Positions 52,901 through 64,000 of a DNA stretch of 64,000 nt are shown one piece after another. The DNA comes from Octopus vulgaris (taxonomy: Eukaryota): NCBI GenBank assembly GCA_951406725.2, contig OX597838.1, positions 13,702,001 to 13,766,000 of the forward strand. The letters are read 5' to 3'. Below the pieces are notes generated by a model, which saw only the letters and a list, made by a program, of their open reading frames with translations, was not told the origin of the DNA and did no database searches. Position numbers and translations under genes: made by a program. The first letter of the stretch is position 1; every line of letters starts with the position of its first letter.

Positions 52901-55900
52901 TATGGATGCCGCTCGGGCTCGAAAATTGAACCGTTATGTAAACCTCCTCGAGGAATGTGAAGATGCAGGCTGGAAAGCGGAACATTTTCCTATCGTAGTT
53001 GGATGTAGAGGGTTTGTGGGACACAGCGTGAAACGACTGTTGTTATCGCTAGGCCTAACTCATCGTAAAGTCAATACCACCATGACTGATATCCAATCTA
53101 CAGTGGAGAAGGCTAGCCACTGGATTTGGTTAAAAAGAGACGATGAGCGATGGCTAGAAGGATATTGAGTTTAACTTCATAACCAGCTGATCTAGCAAGC
53201 AGGGCCTCATATCAGTGAGGGGGGGGTGATGCCTTCGAAAGGTAGGCCCCGAAATGGCACGCATTCTCTCCTGATGACCCCATGCACTTGCTGGCTTCCG
53301 GTATACAGAGCTTTTGACTGGTAGCACTTGCATGTGCAAGTTGTTTGCAAGATATCTGGACAGAAGAGCTGCAGAAGTCACAGAATGTGTGACAAAAGAA
53401 ATTTGGTAGAAAATAAACTAAAAAGTGAAAAAAAAAATAAAGCTGTAGTGAAGATCCAAATAAATAGAGTTTATGTTTTAATTGGTAAAAGATGACCATC
53501 TCCAACTATGTATAACAATATCCATTTTCACATCAATGGTCTTGTGAAACAAATACATAAACTTAAATTAAACTGAACGCTCACTGTAAAAGTTGAGGGA
53601 GAGAAAAAGAATAAATAGGGTCCATCAATTAACAAGAAACTTACCCATCGTGTTCATCACCAGCAACACATTCCTGCAGTGCAGTCATGCAAGTAAATCG
53701 ATCTATCAAAGATGATGTCACTAAGAAGAAAAAAAAATATAAACTTCATTGAAATAGTTCTTACTGAGATACAAGGCCACAAATTGGCCAGGGAGGAGGT
53801 TAGTAAAATTGACTACTTTACCACCAACCCTGGTATGATGAAAGGCAAAGCTAACTTAGGAAAAAGTTGAACTTGAAATGTATAATAATGACACAAAGGG
53901 ATGTGGAGGAGGTACGAATAAGTAATGATGAATTTCTATGCTAAAATTACAGAAGTAATGACGCCTTCTTGTCAAGAGACCCCGCAATTATTAAAGTATA
54001 CAAAACAATGGCAAAACCAAGACTCCACTTCTTAGACATTGATGTTACTTGAATAAAGGAAGCAGCTCTGCAGAGAATCAGTTACTTCCACTTATACCAT
54101 TGCTTCAGAACCAGGTGGTTTAGTACCACTGTGCAGCACCTCCAGTATTATTGTATTTATTGTATGTTTATTTCCCCAAAATCGCAATCGATCAACATCA
54201 GTGGAATTCGTAGTTGTGATACCAGTGCCTGTGGCATGTAAGAGAACCATCCAAACATGGCCGTAGCCAGCGCCACCCTGACACGTAAAAAACACCATCT
54301 GATCGTAGCCGTTGCCAGCTTCGTCTGGTCTCCGTGCCGGTGGCACGTAAAAAGCACCCACTACACTCATGGAGTGGTTGGCGTTAGGAAGGGCATCCAG
54401 CTGTAGAAACACTGCCAGATCAGATTGGGCCTGGTGCAGCCTTCTGGCTTCCCAGACCCCAGTTGAACCGTCCAACCCATGCTAGCATGGAAAACGGACA
54501 TTAAACGACGATGATGATAATGTCCATCCTTCATACTCACATTTTTAATTATCCTCTCATTTATTCCTTCATGTATTATAACAATGCTTATTTCATATTC
54601 TTATTCATTTAACTATGTTTTTAGTTAGAATTGATTTTTTTTGATTTTGCTTTCTTTATTATACATATATATATACTCAATCCAAACATGAACAAGCAAG
54701 AAAAAACAACAACGCAAGGATGTGGAATAAGTACAGTGTTATTGGATGCTCAGGAAAGGAAAGGAAAGAAAGAGGATTTCACGTTTCAGGCGGAGCTCTT
54801 CATCAGAAATATAGAAAATGTCCAAAGAAGAGAAGACGAAGAAAATCGCCAACGATACACACGTGGTCACATATTGAAATGACCATCATTTAATATCCAT
54901 TGTCCATGCTGGTATGGCTGGTATGCACTTCAGTTTGATTTGGCATGGTTTTCTTAAGCTCGATACCCTTCTTAATGCCAACCACTCCAAGAGTGTAATG
55001 GATGCTTTTATGTGCCACTAGCACAAGTGCCATTTGTGTGACACCGATATCTGCCACAACTGCGATTTTGCTCAGCTTGATGGGTCTTCTTTTCAAGCAC
55101 GACATAATGCTGAAGGTCTCAGTCATTGCCTCCGTTAGGCCCAGTGCTCAAAAGGAACTCGGCTACTTTGCCTCCATGAGGCCCAACACTTAAAAGGAAC
55201 CCAGTCACATTGTCACTGTGAGGCTCAACACTCGAAAGGTGTTCTTTGTGTGCCACCAGCACGGGCTCCAGTTACCACAACTGATTTCACTTGGTTTGAT
55301 GGGTCATCTCGACCATAACGCATTGCCAAAGATCTTGGTCACCAGTCACTGCCTCTGTGAGGCTCAAAGTTTGAAGATTATTCTTCACCACCACATCCCA
55401 TGTCTTCCTGGGTCTACCTCTAATACAGGTGCCCCCCACAGTTTAGAGATTGGCACAGCTGTTCTTGTCCATATGCATCACATGACCATACCAGCACAGT
55501 CTTATCTCTTGCATGCCACATCTGGTGTTGCTTAAGTTTAGCTTTTCTCTCAAGATGCTTACACTCTGTCGAACATGCACACTGACAATGTACATCCAGC
55601 AAAGCATATTGGCTTTGTTTCTTTCAAGCCTATGTATATAATCAGCTGCCACAGCCCACATTTCACTGCCATGCAGCATAGCAGTTTGCACACAGGATCA
55701 AACAATCTGCCTTTCACTCTGAGAGCAGGGATAGGAGCTCTCTGAACTTTGCCCTTCCATTTTATGAGTGATCTGGTTACTGTTTCTAGCAGACTGAACA
55801 TCCATGTAGAGACTTCCTAATATGTTTACCAGTGCTGAGTCATGTCCTATAGTCAAAATGAGTGTGGAGATAGATTCCGGACATGGATGCAGTCCCATGG

Positions 55901-58900
55901 TTGAAAAGAATAGAAAAACAAGGGCAAGACCACAAAACTGGAGAATGGAGTATAAATTCAATCAAACCTTAATAATACAGAACTCCTAGTAGAAGGAAAA
56001 ACAAAAAACAGTAAAATGTCTTACTCACAGGGTTGCTTCATTATATTCTCCAAAATTTTGTCAATCATCTGCATTCTTTTACTTGCTTTCATAGTCTCCA
56101 AATGTTCCAAAAGAAATTTACTGGCTTCACTGAAAAATAGGAAACAGTCAGGTTGAAAACCTCCATGATTCTGTGGTAACAGTTCCAGCTCACACCGCCA
56201 ACTTGTAATTTTTTTCATATTCCAACAAAGGAAAACTTTGCTCATTTAACCCTTTAGCATTTAAACCGGCCATATCTGGCCAAAAGTATTCTGCCTGTTT
56301 TATGTTCAAACTGGCCGTATCTGGTCTCTCACACCAGCCCTACAACGTCGTTTTAAAAATTGACAGCTACCTCATCAAAATCTCATAGCTACAAGATAAT
56401 GCATGATTAATTCAAAACAATGGATAAAAAAGGATTAATTTTGGCAGAATAATGCGAACACTAAAGGGTTAATATTGTAAATCAACGTTTTAATTGTATG
56501 AAATTGAAGATTCACTGGCATTTATCAATTTCTCACTATGTGCACTGTGGCTGTTCAGATGACAAGAAAAGTACTAACTAAGGCAATTTTTTGAAAAATT
56601 TTATTTTCCCTATATTTTCATCTCATCAGTTGGCATACATGCATGCAGGGCCGCCAGCACTAGGAGGTGTAGGGTCATCATCATTATTTAACGTCCGTTC
56701 TCCATGCTAGCATGGGTTGGATGGTTCGACCGGGGATCTGGGAAGCCAGAAGGCTGCACCAGGCTCCAGTCTGATCTGGAAGTGTTTCTACAGCTGGATG
56801 CCCTTCCTAACGCCAACCACTCTGTGAGTGTAGTGGGTGCTTTTTACATGCCACCGGCACCAGGCAAGGCTGGCAACAGCCACAATCGGATTGGTGCTTT
56901 TTACGTGCCACCGGCATGGAAGCCAGTCAAGGCGGCGCTGGCATTGGCCACGTTCAGATGGTTGATTTTTACGTGCAACTGTTGGTAGGGCCCTCTATTC
57001 TACAAAAGCTGAAGATACATGTTTTATATTGTGTAGTACGCGAGTCCTAGCTAAAAAGCATTGACGGTTTGAGCCTCTACCATTAGCTTCAATGATATAC
57101 TGAAAATTCATCATAGTGTCCTCCACACGGGTGTGTGTGCAGAGCCCTCTCTTGACACAATTTGAACAAACTTGTCTAATCGGCTTAAAACTGGCAAGTA
57201 TGCCAAATGACATACATGAGTAACAGTTGGCATACAATATGCCAACTGACATACTGAGTGTGAACAATATCATTTGACACTCGTAACCATTGGAGCACTC
57301 AAGGGGTTAAACAATTCTCTATGTGATGCTCATCTTGTGGGTGATCCTATAACAAGCACAATGCCTGGCTAGGTTAGCCAGATGATTTCAGCAACAGAGT
57401 TCTTATTGCTCAAGAAGGATGTTTCGGAGAACACTGATTCCTTGATGCATGAAAAAAAAAAAAAAAAAAAAAATTTGTTTAACCACAGGCTAGTGACCAT
57501 CTAGGATCAAAAATGGCCCAGCCATGAATAATTTGTCTTTAATTCAGACGTAGTTTATCTATGAGGACTATATTGCTGCAGTGTGATTACATTCTTGCTT
57601 ATTGCAATGTCAACCCTCATCCTATCATTAAAAAAACGTTTCAACCATGACCATCCATCGACGCAATGTCTCCTTACCATAAGGTGTTATTTAAGATTTG
57701 ACTGCTATTTCTAGCACAGTGAACATCAATCAGGCTAGAACGGTGGTTCTTAAAAGAGGTCCATATAAGATTTTTGGGGTGTCCACTTAACAAAATAGTA
57801 AATTGGGAATCCACAATAGTATTTTAAGGGCCCCTGAAAAAAATTTTTGCTTTAGACGTATGCATTGCAAAAAACAGGTTTCTTTCTCTAACATTTTACA
57901 TAGTTCAGTCGACACAAGTTGATATCTAAAACAAGACAGAAATTTTAAAAAAAAAAGTTTCTATAAAAGAAGTTTTTAAAATGGTTGAGAAAAACTGGGC
58001 TAGAATATAACTGAAAACGGTAAAAAAAAGGGGGTTGCTCATGGCCGAAATATTTCGATTGGCATGCTCAACGAGATCAGATTTCCTCCTACTCTATTAG
58101 CCATACACGTGGTCACACATTTTTGAAGGAATAATCGACTTTATCGGAAATTTTATACAAATATCTCTACGATGGCGTAGATTAGGATTATATCGGAATT
58201 TTATATGAAAGTTGGAGAGCTCGCAGACATACGTACTAGCAACACATCAAAAATAAAATTTGAAATTGCGAAAAAAATTGTGATGCGTTAAGTATGTATG
58301 CACCCACCATTTTATTTTTTTCATTTTTTTTTTTTGCCTATTAAACTCCAATATAATTCTACAACACCTGAAAGGTATTTGTAAAAGTTTCCTTACAAAA
58401 CAGACGGAGGGGAGGAGTGTTCATAATTATTATTTTTTTTTTTTTCGAAAAATTTGAAATTTTACAAAATTTTTTTTTTTTTGCAATCAACCTTCGTATT
58501 TTTCTAAGTTTCGCAAAAAAAAAATTAAAAATTGGAGGGAGGGATTAAAATTTTGAAATGCCGATTTTTTTTCGCAGATTCGGAATCTCCGCAGTCGAAA
58601 AAGTGGGTTTCTGTAGAAGGATAAAACAAAATCGAAAGATGGGGTACAATCCGTGTATTTTTTACCTTCCGCTCATATTTCTCTATTTTATGAGAAAACA
58701 AAATCGTTGAACACATGCGTAGGTGTGCCAAATGATATTCATTCATTCTTTTTTGAGGGGAAAAAAAAAAAATACAATTTTGATACTTTAAAAATGCATC
58801 TAAAATAATTCAGTAAAAAAAAAATTATTTTAGTATGCTTCAATAACAAATTATTGAACTAAAGAAACAAATTTAGGAAAAAGACAAACGGGACAATAAC

Positions 58901-59132
58901 CGTGGATAATATTTGATCACAGAAAAACAGTACGAACCGAGGAAATTCATAATCATTGGCGTCGGTAAATACTAAGAACTCTGGCGTTCCGTGCAAAACT
59001 AGACATGTCGTTTAGTTTTGCAGGAAACAGATTAAATAACCAAATCAAATGTAAAACAGTAGATTACCCGCGAAGTGTCAAGCCGTGCATCTTGAAAGTG
59101 TTCATCAACTCGACTTTAAGTTTCGACGCCAT
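33413..59132 (-). CDS. POLE2: DNA polymerase epsilon subunit 2 (B subunit), 15 coding exons, 522 aa
   Basis: Exons total 1569 nt in one frame; the protein matches POLE2/DPB2 from [24 protein letters not shown] to [26 protein letters not shown]. Confidence 0.97.
33543..33927 (-). mobile_element. tRNA-head SINE family A (full length)
   Basis: Reverse complement of 43713-44128. Confidence 0.88.
34573..35040 (+). mobile_element. CR1 LINE 3' fragment
   Basis: [43 protein letters not shown]; (CTAA)n tail. Confidence 0.9.
35343..35519 (-). CDS. POLE2: POLE2 exon 14
   Basis: [26 protein letters not shown]...NP; 177 nt. Confidence 0.97.
35684..36072 (+). mobile_element. tRNA-head SINE family A
   Basis: A/B-box-like tggctgtgtggtaag / gggttcagtccc; body shared with the other copies. 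Confidence 0.88.
36267..36681. repeat. Direct-inverted-direct repeat of a unit of about 140 bp
   Basis: 36267-36420 forward, 36437-36540 inverted, 36542-36681 forward; central (TA)n. Confidence 0.85.
37408..37833 (-). mobile_element. Two copies of SINE family B ((GAT)n-tailed)
   Basis: (cat)n-ttagcgtccgctttccatgctagcatgggttggacgg...; further copies at about 38938, 39590, 45145, 52596, 54180, 56676 and 63497, in both orientations. Confidence 0.85.
37857..38040 (-). CDS. POLE2: POLE2 exon 13
   Basis: [11 protein letters not shown]...[19 protein letters not shown]...; 184 nt. Confidence 0.97.
40115..40229 (-). CDS. POLE2: POLE2 exon 12
   Basis: [12 protein letters not shown]...[17 protein letters not shown]; 115 nt. 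Confidence 0.96.
40744..41104 (-). mobile_element. Non-autonomous Helitron
   Basis: Minus strand begins A|TC..., ends ...CTAG|T with a subterminal GC-rich hairpin region; no TSD. Confidence 0.75.
41189..41309 (-). CDS. POLE2: POLE2 exon 11
   Basis: [26 protein letters not shown]...; 121 nt. Confidence 0.96.
42379..42597. mobile_element. piggyBac-type MITE
   Basis: TTAA-CCCTTTAGT...ACTAAAGGG-TTAA; relatives at 56250-56468 and about 38760, 39355 and 42085. Confidence 0.8.
42610..42992 (-). mobile_element. Helitron-like non-autonomous element
   Basis: Minus 5' tctattatataaaatcc(gt)n; terminal hairpin ccgtcca/tggacgg. Confidence 0.55.
43114..43255 (-). CDS. POLE2: POLE2 exon 10
   Basis: [12 protein letters not shown]...[14 protein letters not shown]; 142 nt. 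Confidence 0.96.
43713..44128 (+). mobile_element. tRNA-head SINE family A (full length) inserted in (TA)n
   Basis: ggcgcaggagtggctgtgtggtaag... to gaaacaagtaaaagag; (TA)n on both sides. Confidence 0.9.
44828..44949 (-). CDS. POLE2: POLE2 exon 9
   Basis: [40 protein letters not shown]; 122 nt. Confidence 0.95.
44950..46096 (-). other. U12-type (minor spliceosome) AT-AC intron, POLE2 intron 8
   Basis: 5' ATATCCTTT; branch site TTTCTTTAAC (44968-44959); 3' TAC. The frame is preserved only with the AC acceptor. Confidence 0.93.
46097..46153 (-). CDS. POLE2: POLE2 exon 8
   Basis: [19 protein letters not shown]; followed by an ATATCCTT donor. Confidence 0.95.
46969..47410 (+). mobile_element. 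CR1 LINE 3' fragment
   Basis: [13 protein letters not shown]...RRRRGDLI...WPELFV; same family as 34573-35040. Confidence 0.9.
47607..47690 (-). CDS. POLE2: POLE2 exon 7
   Basis: [28 protein letters not shown]; 84 nt. Confidence 0.96.
48680..48751 (-). CDS. POLE2: POLE2 exon 6
   Basis: [24 protein letters not shown]; 72 nt. Confidence 0.95.
49112..49490 (+). mobile_element. tRNA-derived SINE (distinct family)
   Basis: tggcccagtggttagggcagcggactcg...ggtttcgattccc head followed by a non-tRNA body. Confidence 0.7.
50107..50200 (-). CDS. POLE2: POLE2 exon 5
   Basis: [31 protein letters not shown]; 94 nt. Confidence 0.95.
50985..51340 (-). mobile_element. RTE LINE 3' remnant
   Basis: [10 protein letters not shown]...[13 protein letters not shown]; relative at 55330-55830 ([10 protein letters not shown]...[12 protein letters not shown]). 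Confidence 0.75.
51385..51970. mobile_element. piggyBac-type MITE carrying a nested family A SINE (51520-51890)
   Basis: TTAA-CCCTTT...AAAGGG-TTAA. Confidence 0.75.
52171..52248 (-). CDS. POLE2: POLE2 exon 4
   Basis: [25 protein letters not shown]; 78 nt. Confidence 0.95.
52815..53400 (+). mobile_element. Hero/R2-group element 3' end (REL endonuclease)
   Basis: PDILMW...IVELTV..E...K..RY..L...GW..VGCRGF...[11 protein letters not shown]. Confidence 0.85.
53645..53720 (-). CDS. POLE2: POLE2 exon 3
   Basis: [24 protein letters not shown]; AG/GT, 76 nt. Confidence 0.95.
54665..54885 (-). mobile_element. Penelope-type terminal repeat with degenerate hammerhead
   Basis: Minus strand attt-CTGATGA-agagc...GAAAcgtg-aaat at 54810-54776. 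Confidence 0.5.
56029..56129 (-). CDS. POLE2: POLE2 exon 2
   Basis: [10 protein letters not shown]...ENIMKQP; AG/GT, 101 nt. Confidence 0.95.
56250..56468. mobile_element. piggyBac-type MITE
   Basis: TTAA-CCCTTTAG...CTAAAGGG-TTAA. Confidence 0.8.
57741..57997. mobile_element. hAT (Charlie-like) MITE
   Basis: Imperfect TIRs cggtggttctt / ttgagaaaaactg; perfect 8-bp TSD GGCTAGAA. Confidence 0.8.
59068..59132 (-). CDS. POLE2: POLE2 exon 1 (coding)
   Basis: [21 protein letters not shown](G); GT donor; in-frame upstream ATG at 59138. Confidence 0.93.
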
Positions 59133-59141
59133 GTTCATATC

Positions 59142-59154
59142 TTTCCCGCCAAAA
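59142..59154. promoter_or_regulatory. E2F-type binding site next to the POLE2 start
   Basis: TTTCCCGCCAAAA matches TTTSSCGC and the overlapping-site form; about 10 nt from the ATG. Confidence 0.65.
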
Positions 59155-60957
59155 TATCGACCGGTGTCACCTAACTTTTATGCCCTGTTTATTAGTTCCA
59201 GCCGAGAAGTTTTGTATTTGACCTGTATTTAACTCAATTCGTGAGTCGATACAAATTTCGTCTGTGTCAAGGGAAAACAATTTTTTTATTCTAGCCTCGA
59301 TACATTCGAGTAAAAATTCAACCAGCGCAATGAAGTTAAGCCCAGAAAGTATCTCCACATGCTCTAAACAACAGCCAAATCTCTTGAAATTTTTTTTATA
59401 ACCCCCTCGGTTTTTTTTTTTCTTCTAAAAATACTCATTGGACTGCGGCCATGCTGGTGCACTAGCTTGAAGAATTTTTGGTCGCAGAAAAATCAGCATT
59501 TTAAAATATATATTTAGTCTTTTGTCTTCTTCTCTCGGGGCTTACAGATTAATAAGAATAAGGTGACCTTTTGACATTTCTCCGGCCGTTGAAGGGCTAA
59601 CAGAAGGCTAATCATTCGAACATACTACCTATCGTTTCCCTAAATAGGGAGATGGCTGTTTCTCCACAAAAATGACAAATTCTGGGTTTTGTGGGGGAAA
59701 AAAACGTGCCAGAGATATGTACAATATTTACTTTCATTTTATGTGTATATATTTATATATATATATATAGTCATTCAAACATACTTCTTATCGTTTTTAT
59801 ATTTCTACACATTTCTGGAATGGAAGTAAATGCTTTCCTTTTTGTTAGAATTCAGGCATTTTGTACATTGAATAGTAAAGAGTCTTGTGTTCTGTTATTC
59901 TATTATTGATTTTGATTTATTTTCATTTTCAAACTTTAAAACTATTCTAAAAGCGAGGAACCATACTATTGTGAGGGACATAGAAGTTTTGACACCGTTT
60001 TTCGATTGAATATAATTTGTTTACATAAAAATTGGAATTTTGGAAAATAATTTTTGGATCTAGTCTTTCTTATTCGCAAAATCAGTCCCTAATTTTTTAT
60101 GTACAACCGCGATTTCCAGTTTTGCTCACGTGAAATTATAAAAAAAATTTGTAAGATTTAGCTGTCATTTCTAGCATGTGGAGAGATCTTCTAGGCTTAA
60201 CTGTATGTGCTAGTTGAAAATCACCTAAAAAAGATTCTGGGGTCGATACATTCGACTAAAAATACTTTAAGGCATGACCGCAGTCCAGTGACTGAAACAA
60301 GTAAAAAGATTTTAAGAAAATAAAAAAAAAACGAAGAATAACCAAAAAAAATATACCTGGGCGGAGTGGTTATAAAAAATTTTCGAGAGATTTGGCTGTT
60401 ATTTCTAGCATGTCGAGAGACCTAGGCATAACTTCATGCGCTGGTCGAAAATCATCTAAAAATTCCTCATTGTGGTGCCCCAGGATGGCTGCAGTTCAAT
60501 GACTGTAAAAATTAACACTTCTTCTCCAAGCCTAGATTCAAAACCGAATCTAAGAATTCTCGGTCGTCCAAACCACTACGATCAACAGGCGCGAAAAAAG
60601 GTTTTTCTTGTGATTGATCATCTCCCTCTGACCTACGACCTCTGCCATGTCAGGCGAAGTTCAAATGGACAGGAGCTGACCTAATTTAGGTACAAACTCT
60701 GCTGCAGTATGTCTGTCCTTCTAGCTGCCGCGGTGGTCAACAGACTTGGGGAGAAAGGCCAAGCAGGCAAAGGAGCAAGGTCGCAGAGACCCGAGAGAAA
60801 TATTCGAAGTTCCACGGTAGACTACTGATCTCAGATGAACTACGCACACACACATACACACACACAAACATATTCATTTCCGACACATCACTTCCACAGA
60901 TGTACCCTATTTCTATTTCTAGCAGTTGTCAACATTTTGCATGTAGTGAAGAATTAT

Positions 60958-61361
60958 ACTCTTTTACTCTTTTACTTGTTTCAGTCATTTGACTGCGGCC
61001 ATGCTGGAACACCGCCTTTAGTTGAGCAAATCGACCCCGGAACTTATTCTTTGTAAGCCCAGTACTTATTCTATCGGTCTTTTTTGCCGAACCGCTAAGT
61101 GACGGAGACGTAAACACACCAGCATCGGTTGTCAAGCAATGCTAGGGGGACAAACACAGACACAAACACACATACATACACATATATATATATACGTATA
61201 TACGACAGGCTTCTTTCAGTTTCCGTCTACCAAATCCACTCACAAGGCATTGGTCGGCCCGGGGCTATAGCAGAAGATACTTGCCCAAGATGCCACGCAG
61301 TGGGACTGAACCCGGAACCATGTGGTTGGTTAGCAAGCTACTTACCACACAGCCACTCCTG
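60958..61361 (-). mobile_element. tRNA-head SINE family A
   Basis: Near-identical to 33543-33927; further copies at 62158-62530 and 63870-64000. Confidence 0.88.
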
Positions 61362-61567
61362 TGTACCAACGTCAAATTAAGTCCAGTGAATAAATTATTT
61401 TTAACTACAAATCGATTCACTCATTTGTTTACTTCAAAGACGTACGCATTCCTTTTGCATCTGTTCACCAGATACACACACACATAACCACTACAATTGC
61501 AACGAGTAAAAAGAAAGCAAAAATTAATTATACTACAGAAGTGGTTTTGATCAAGCTTAAAAAAAAT

Positions 61568-61752
61568 GGATCTTTTCCTTTTGATGGACGGAATTTTCTA
61601 GTTAACTAAACAATTTGAAACTTCGTATACTGGTAGAATGTGTCAAAAGAAAACATTATTGTAAACAAAATTGTAATTTGTAAGTTTAACGTAGTTTAAT
61701 TCTTCGACTTTTAACCAAAAAGAAAATTCCGTCCATCAAAAGGAAAAGATCC
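61568..61752. mobile_element. 185-bp MITE with perfect 32-bp TIRs (Mutator-like)
   Basis: ggatcttttccttttgatggacggaattttct / agaaaattccgtccatcaaaaggaaaagatcc; A-rich 9-bp flanks differ at one position. Confidence 0.8.
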
Positions 61753-64000
61753 AAAAAAAGTTCTGGGTTCCATACAGCCATCTAAAAATTCTTCAAGAGG
61801 GTGCCCCAGCATGGCCGGCCACAGTCTAATAACTGCAACAAGTAGACTAGAAATTCTGGGGTCAATACATTCAACTAAAAATTCTAAAAACAAAAAAGCA
61901 ACCAAAAAATATAACCATGGGGTTTTTGTCCTAGGGGGCTTTTGTCCAGACCCCATTGTTTATAATGCTTCAATCTGCTGTAAACTTCACAAAAAATAAT
62001 TTCTTGCAATCGAGAAATGCTATTAAAAAACTGCATTGAAATTCTATTATTGGTCATTCAGCTCAAAGGTACTGTGTGGTGTAGTGGTTCCCAACCCTTT
62101 TATCCTCTTATTTAAATGAGTTTTAACATGCTTTATATATATATATATATATATATACTCTTTTACTTGTTTCAGTCATTTGACGGGGCCATGCTGGAGC
62201 ACCGCCTTTAGTCGAGCACATCGACCCCAGAATTTTTTCTTTGTAAGCCTAGTACTTATTCTATCAGTCTCTTTTGCTGAATGTAAACACACCAGCATTG
62301 GTTGTCAAGCGATGTTGGTGGGGACAAACATATACACACACACATATATATATATATATATACATACGACGGGCTTCTTTCAGTTTCCATCTACCAAATC
62401 CGTTCACAGGGCTTTGATTGGCGCGAGGCTATAGTAGAAGGCACTTGCCCAAGGTGCCACACAGTGGGACTGAACCCGGAACCATATAGTTCGTAAGCAA
62501 ACTACTTACCACACAGCCACTCCTGCGCCTATATATATATATATATATATATCAAATATGAATTCGAGATAAAACCCAAATAGTGATAGACATAAACCAA
62601 TACATAAATAACAAATAATATAAATATAATTAATATAATTATAAAATTTAAATTTAAATTTTTTTTCCAAAATGTATAAAAAGAATGATAAATATAATAT
62701 AATAAGTAAAAACACTACGTCCGTTTCATGGACCCAGAACTATGTGGTTGGGAAACAAGCTTCTTACCACACAGCCACGCCTTCACCTATTTCTTTTACT
62801 TGTTTCAGTTATTTAACTGCAGCCATGCTGGAGCACTGCCTTAAAAGGTTTTTTTTAGTTGAAAAAAATGATTTAATCTTTGTAAGCCTGGTACTTATTG
62901 TATTGGTGTCTTTTGCCAAACTGCTAAGTTACAGCGACTTAAACACACTAGCATCAGCTGTCAAGCAATGGTAGGGGGGACAGGCACACATGTACACTAA
63001 TATGTACATATATACATATATATCTATCTGTTATGTCGATTATGCATTGATGTAAGAATAAGTTGTTCTATAAAGCTCGAAACATATGTACCGCAACATC
63101 TTTTGTGTCCTGTTTTTCATTTATTTCATTTGATACATATATATATCAAAGTATCATTAGAGACAGAAATCTCCATAAATTCATCAAATCAGAATATAAA
63201 TCCAATCATGTCATCGAATAATTATATTTAATACTTACTGTTCATGTTCAAAATTGTCAACTACACCTGTTTCATGAGGTTGTATACTATGTTCTTGAGA
63301 CACACAGTCTCTTACAGAACTACCTCTTATATACAATCCCAATCTTCAGGTCCACCTATCCCCCATTTATAATTTTATCTATCATGTATTTCAACTTACA
63401 GGTATGTAAAAATAAATTTCTGGTATGTCAAAACATATATTTGTGTAAATAAATATATTTATTGAACCCTGCTGAAAGAAGCCTGTTGTATACATACATC
63501 ATCATCATCGTTGAACGTCCGCTTCCCATGCTAGCATGGGTTGGACGGTTCGAATAAGGTCTGGGAAGCCAGGAGACTGCACCAGGCCCAGTCTGATCTG
63601 GTAGTGTTTCTACAGCTGGATGCCCTTCCTAACGTCAACCACTCCGAGGGTGTAGTGGATGCTTTTTACGTGCCAGGCGAGGCTGGTAACGGCCACGATC
63701 GGTTACGGGCTTCTTTCAGTTTCTGTCAACCAAATTCACTCACAAGGCTTTGGTTAGCCCAAGGATACAGTAAAAGACACTTGTCATAGCTGCCTCGCAG
63801 TAGGACTGAACCTGGAACCATACGGTCAGGAAGCAAGCTTCTTATCACACTGCCATGCCTAGGTTTACTACTCTTTTACTTGATTCAGTCATTTGACTGC
63901 GGCCATGCTGGAGCACCGCCTTTAGTCGAGCAATTCGACCCCGGGACTTATTCTTTTTGTAAGCCCAGTACTTATTCTATCGGTCTCTTTTGCTGAACCG

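Noticed and set aside
59546-59577. ATG...GTAAG mini-exon (MSKGHLILINL) in phase with POLE2 exon 2
   Set aside because: 59068-59132 encodes the conserved POLE2 N-terminus; this one has no homology and no expression evidence.
60600-63420. Divergent + strand gene sharing the POLE2 promoter
   Set aside because: Only isolated splice-like motifs; no recognisable protein or consistent exon chain.
33517-63789. Many short ORFs in introns and upstream (e.g. [10 protein letters not shown]..., MDGSTGVW...)
   Set aside because: Recurrent translations of SINE bodies, not genes.

Overview
AT-rich eukaryotic DNA, most likely Octopus/cephalopod (inferred from the SINE families and the C2H2 zinc-finger codon pattern). 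The window has two very different halves. (1) About 33.4-59.1 kb holds a complete 15-exon minus-strand gene for DNA polymerase epsilon subunit 2 (POLE2/DPB2). All exon phases join into a 522-aa ORF. It has a U12-type AT-AC minor intron and an E2F-type site just before the ATG, and its introns are full of SINEs and MITEs in both orientations. (2) Positions 1-32.6 kb, directly downstream of the POLE2 stop codon, are an almost gap-free mosaic of truncated coding fragments from many unrelated transposon lineages: Penelope/Naiad-like, Hero/R2-group, RTE, CR1-group, Tx1-like, Gypsy and piggyBac, plus one host-type C2H2 zinc-finger fragment. The large majority lie on the + strand. They are stitched together at microhomologies or (TA)n tracts, locally tandem-amplified, and almost free of SINEs. 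This architecture is what a uni-strand (flamenco-like) piRNA cluster transcribed on the minus strand would look like, possibly by read-through from POLE2. That function is an inference and needs small-RNA data. The mosaic also carries Penelope-type hammerhead ribozymes and a CR1-group LINE whose ORF1 combines a Myb/SANT-like domain with a CCCH finger. Repeat boundaries are approximate; exon boundaries were read directly from splice sites.
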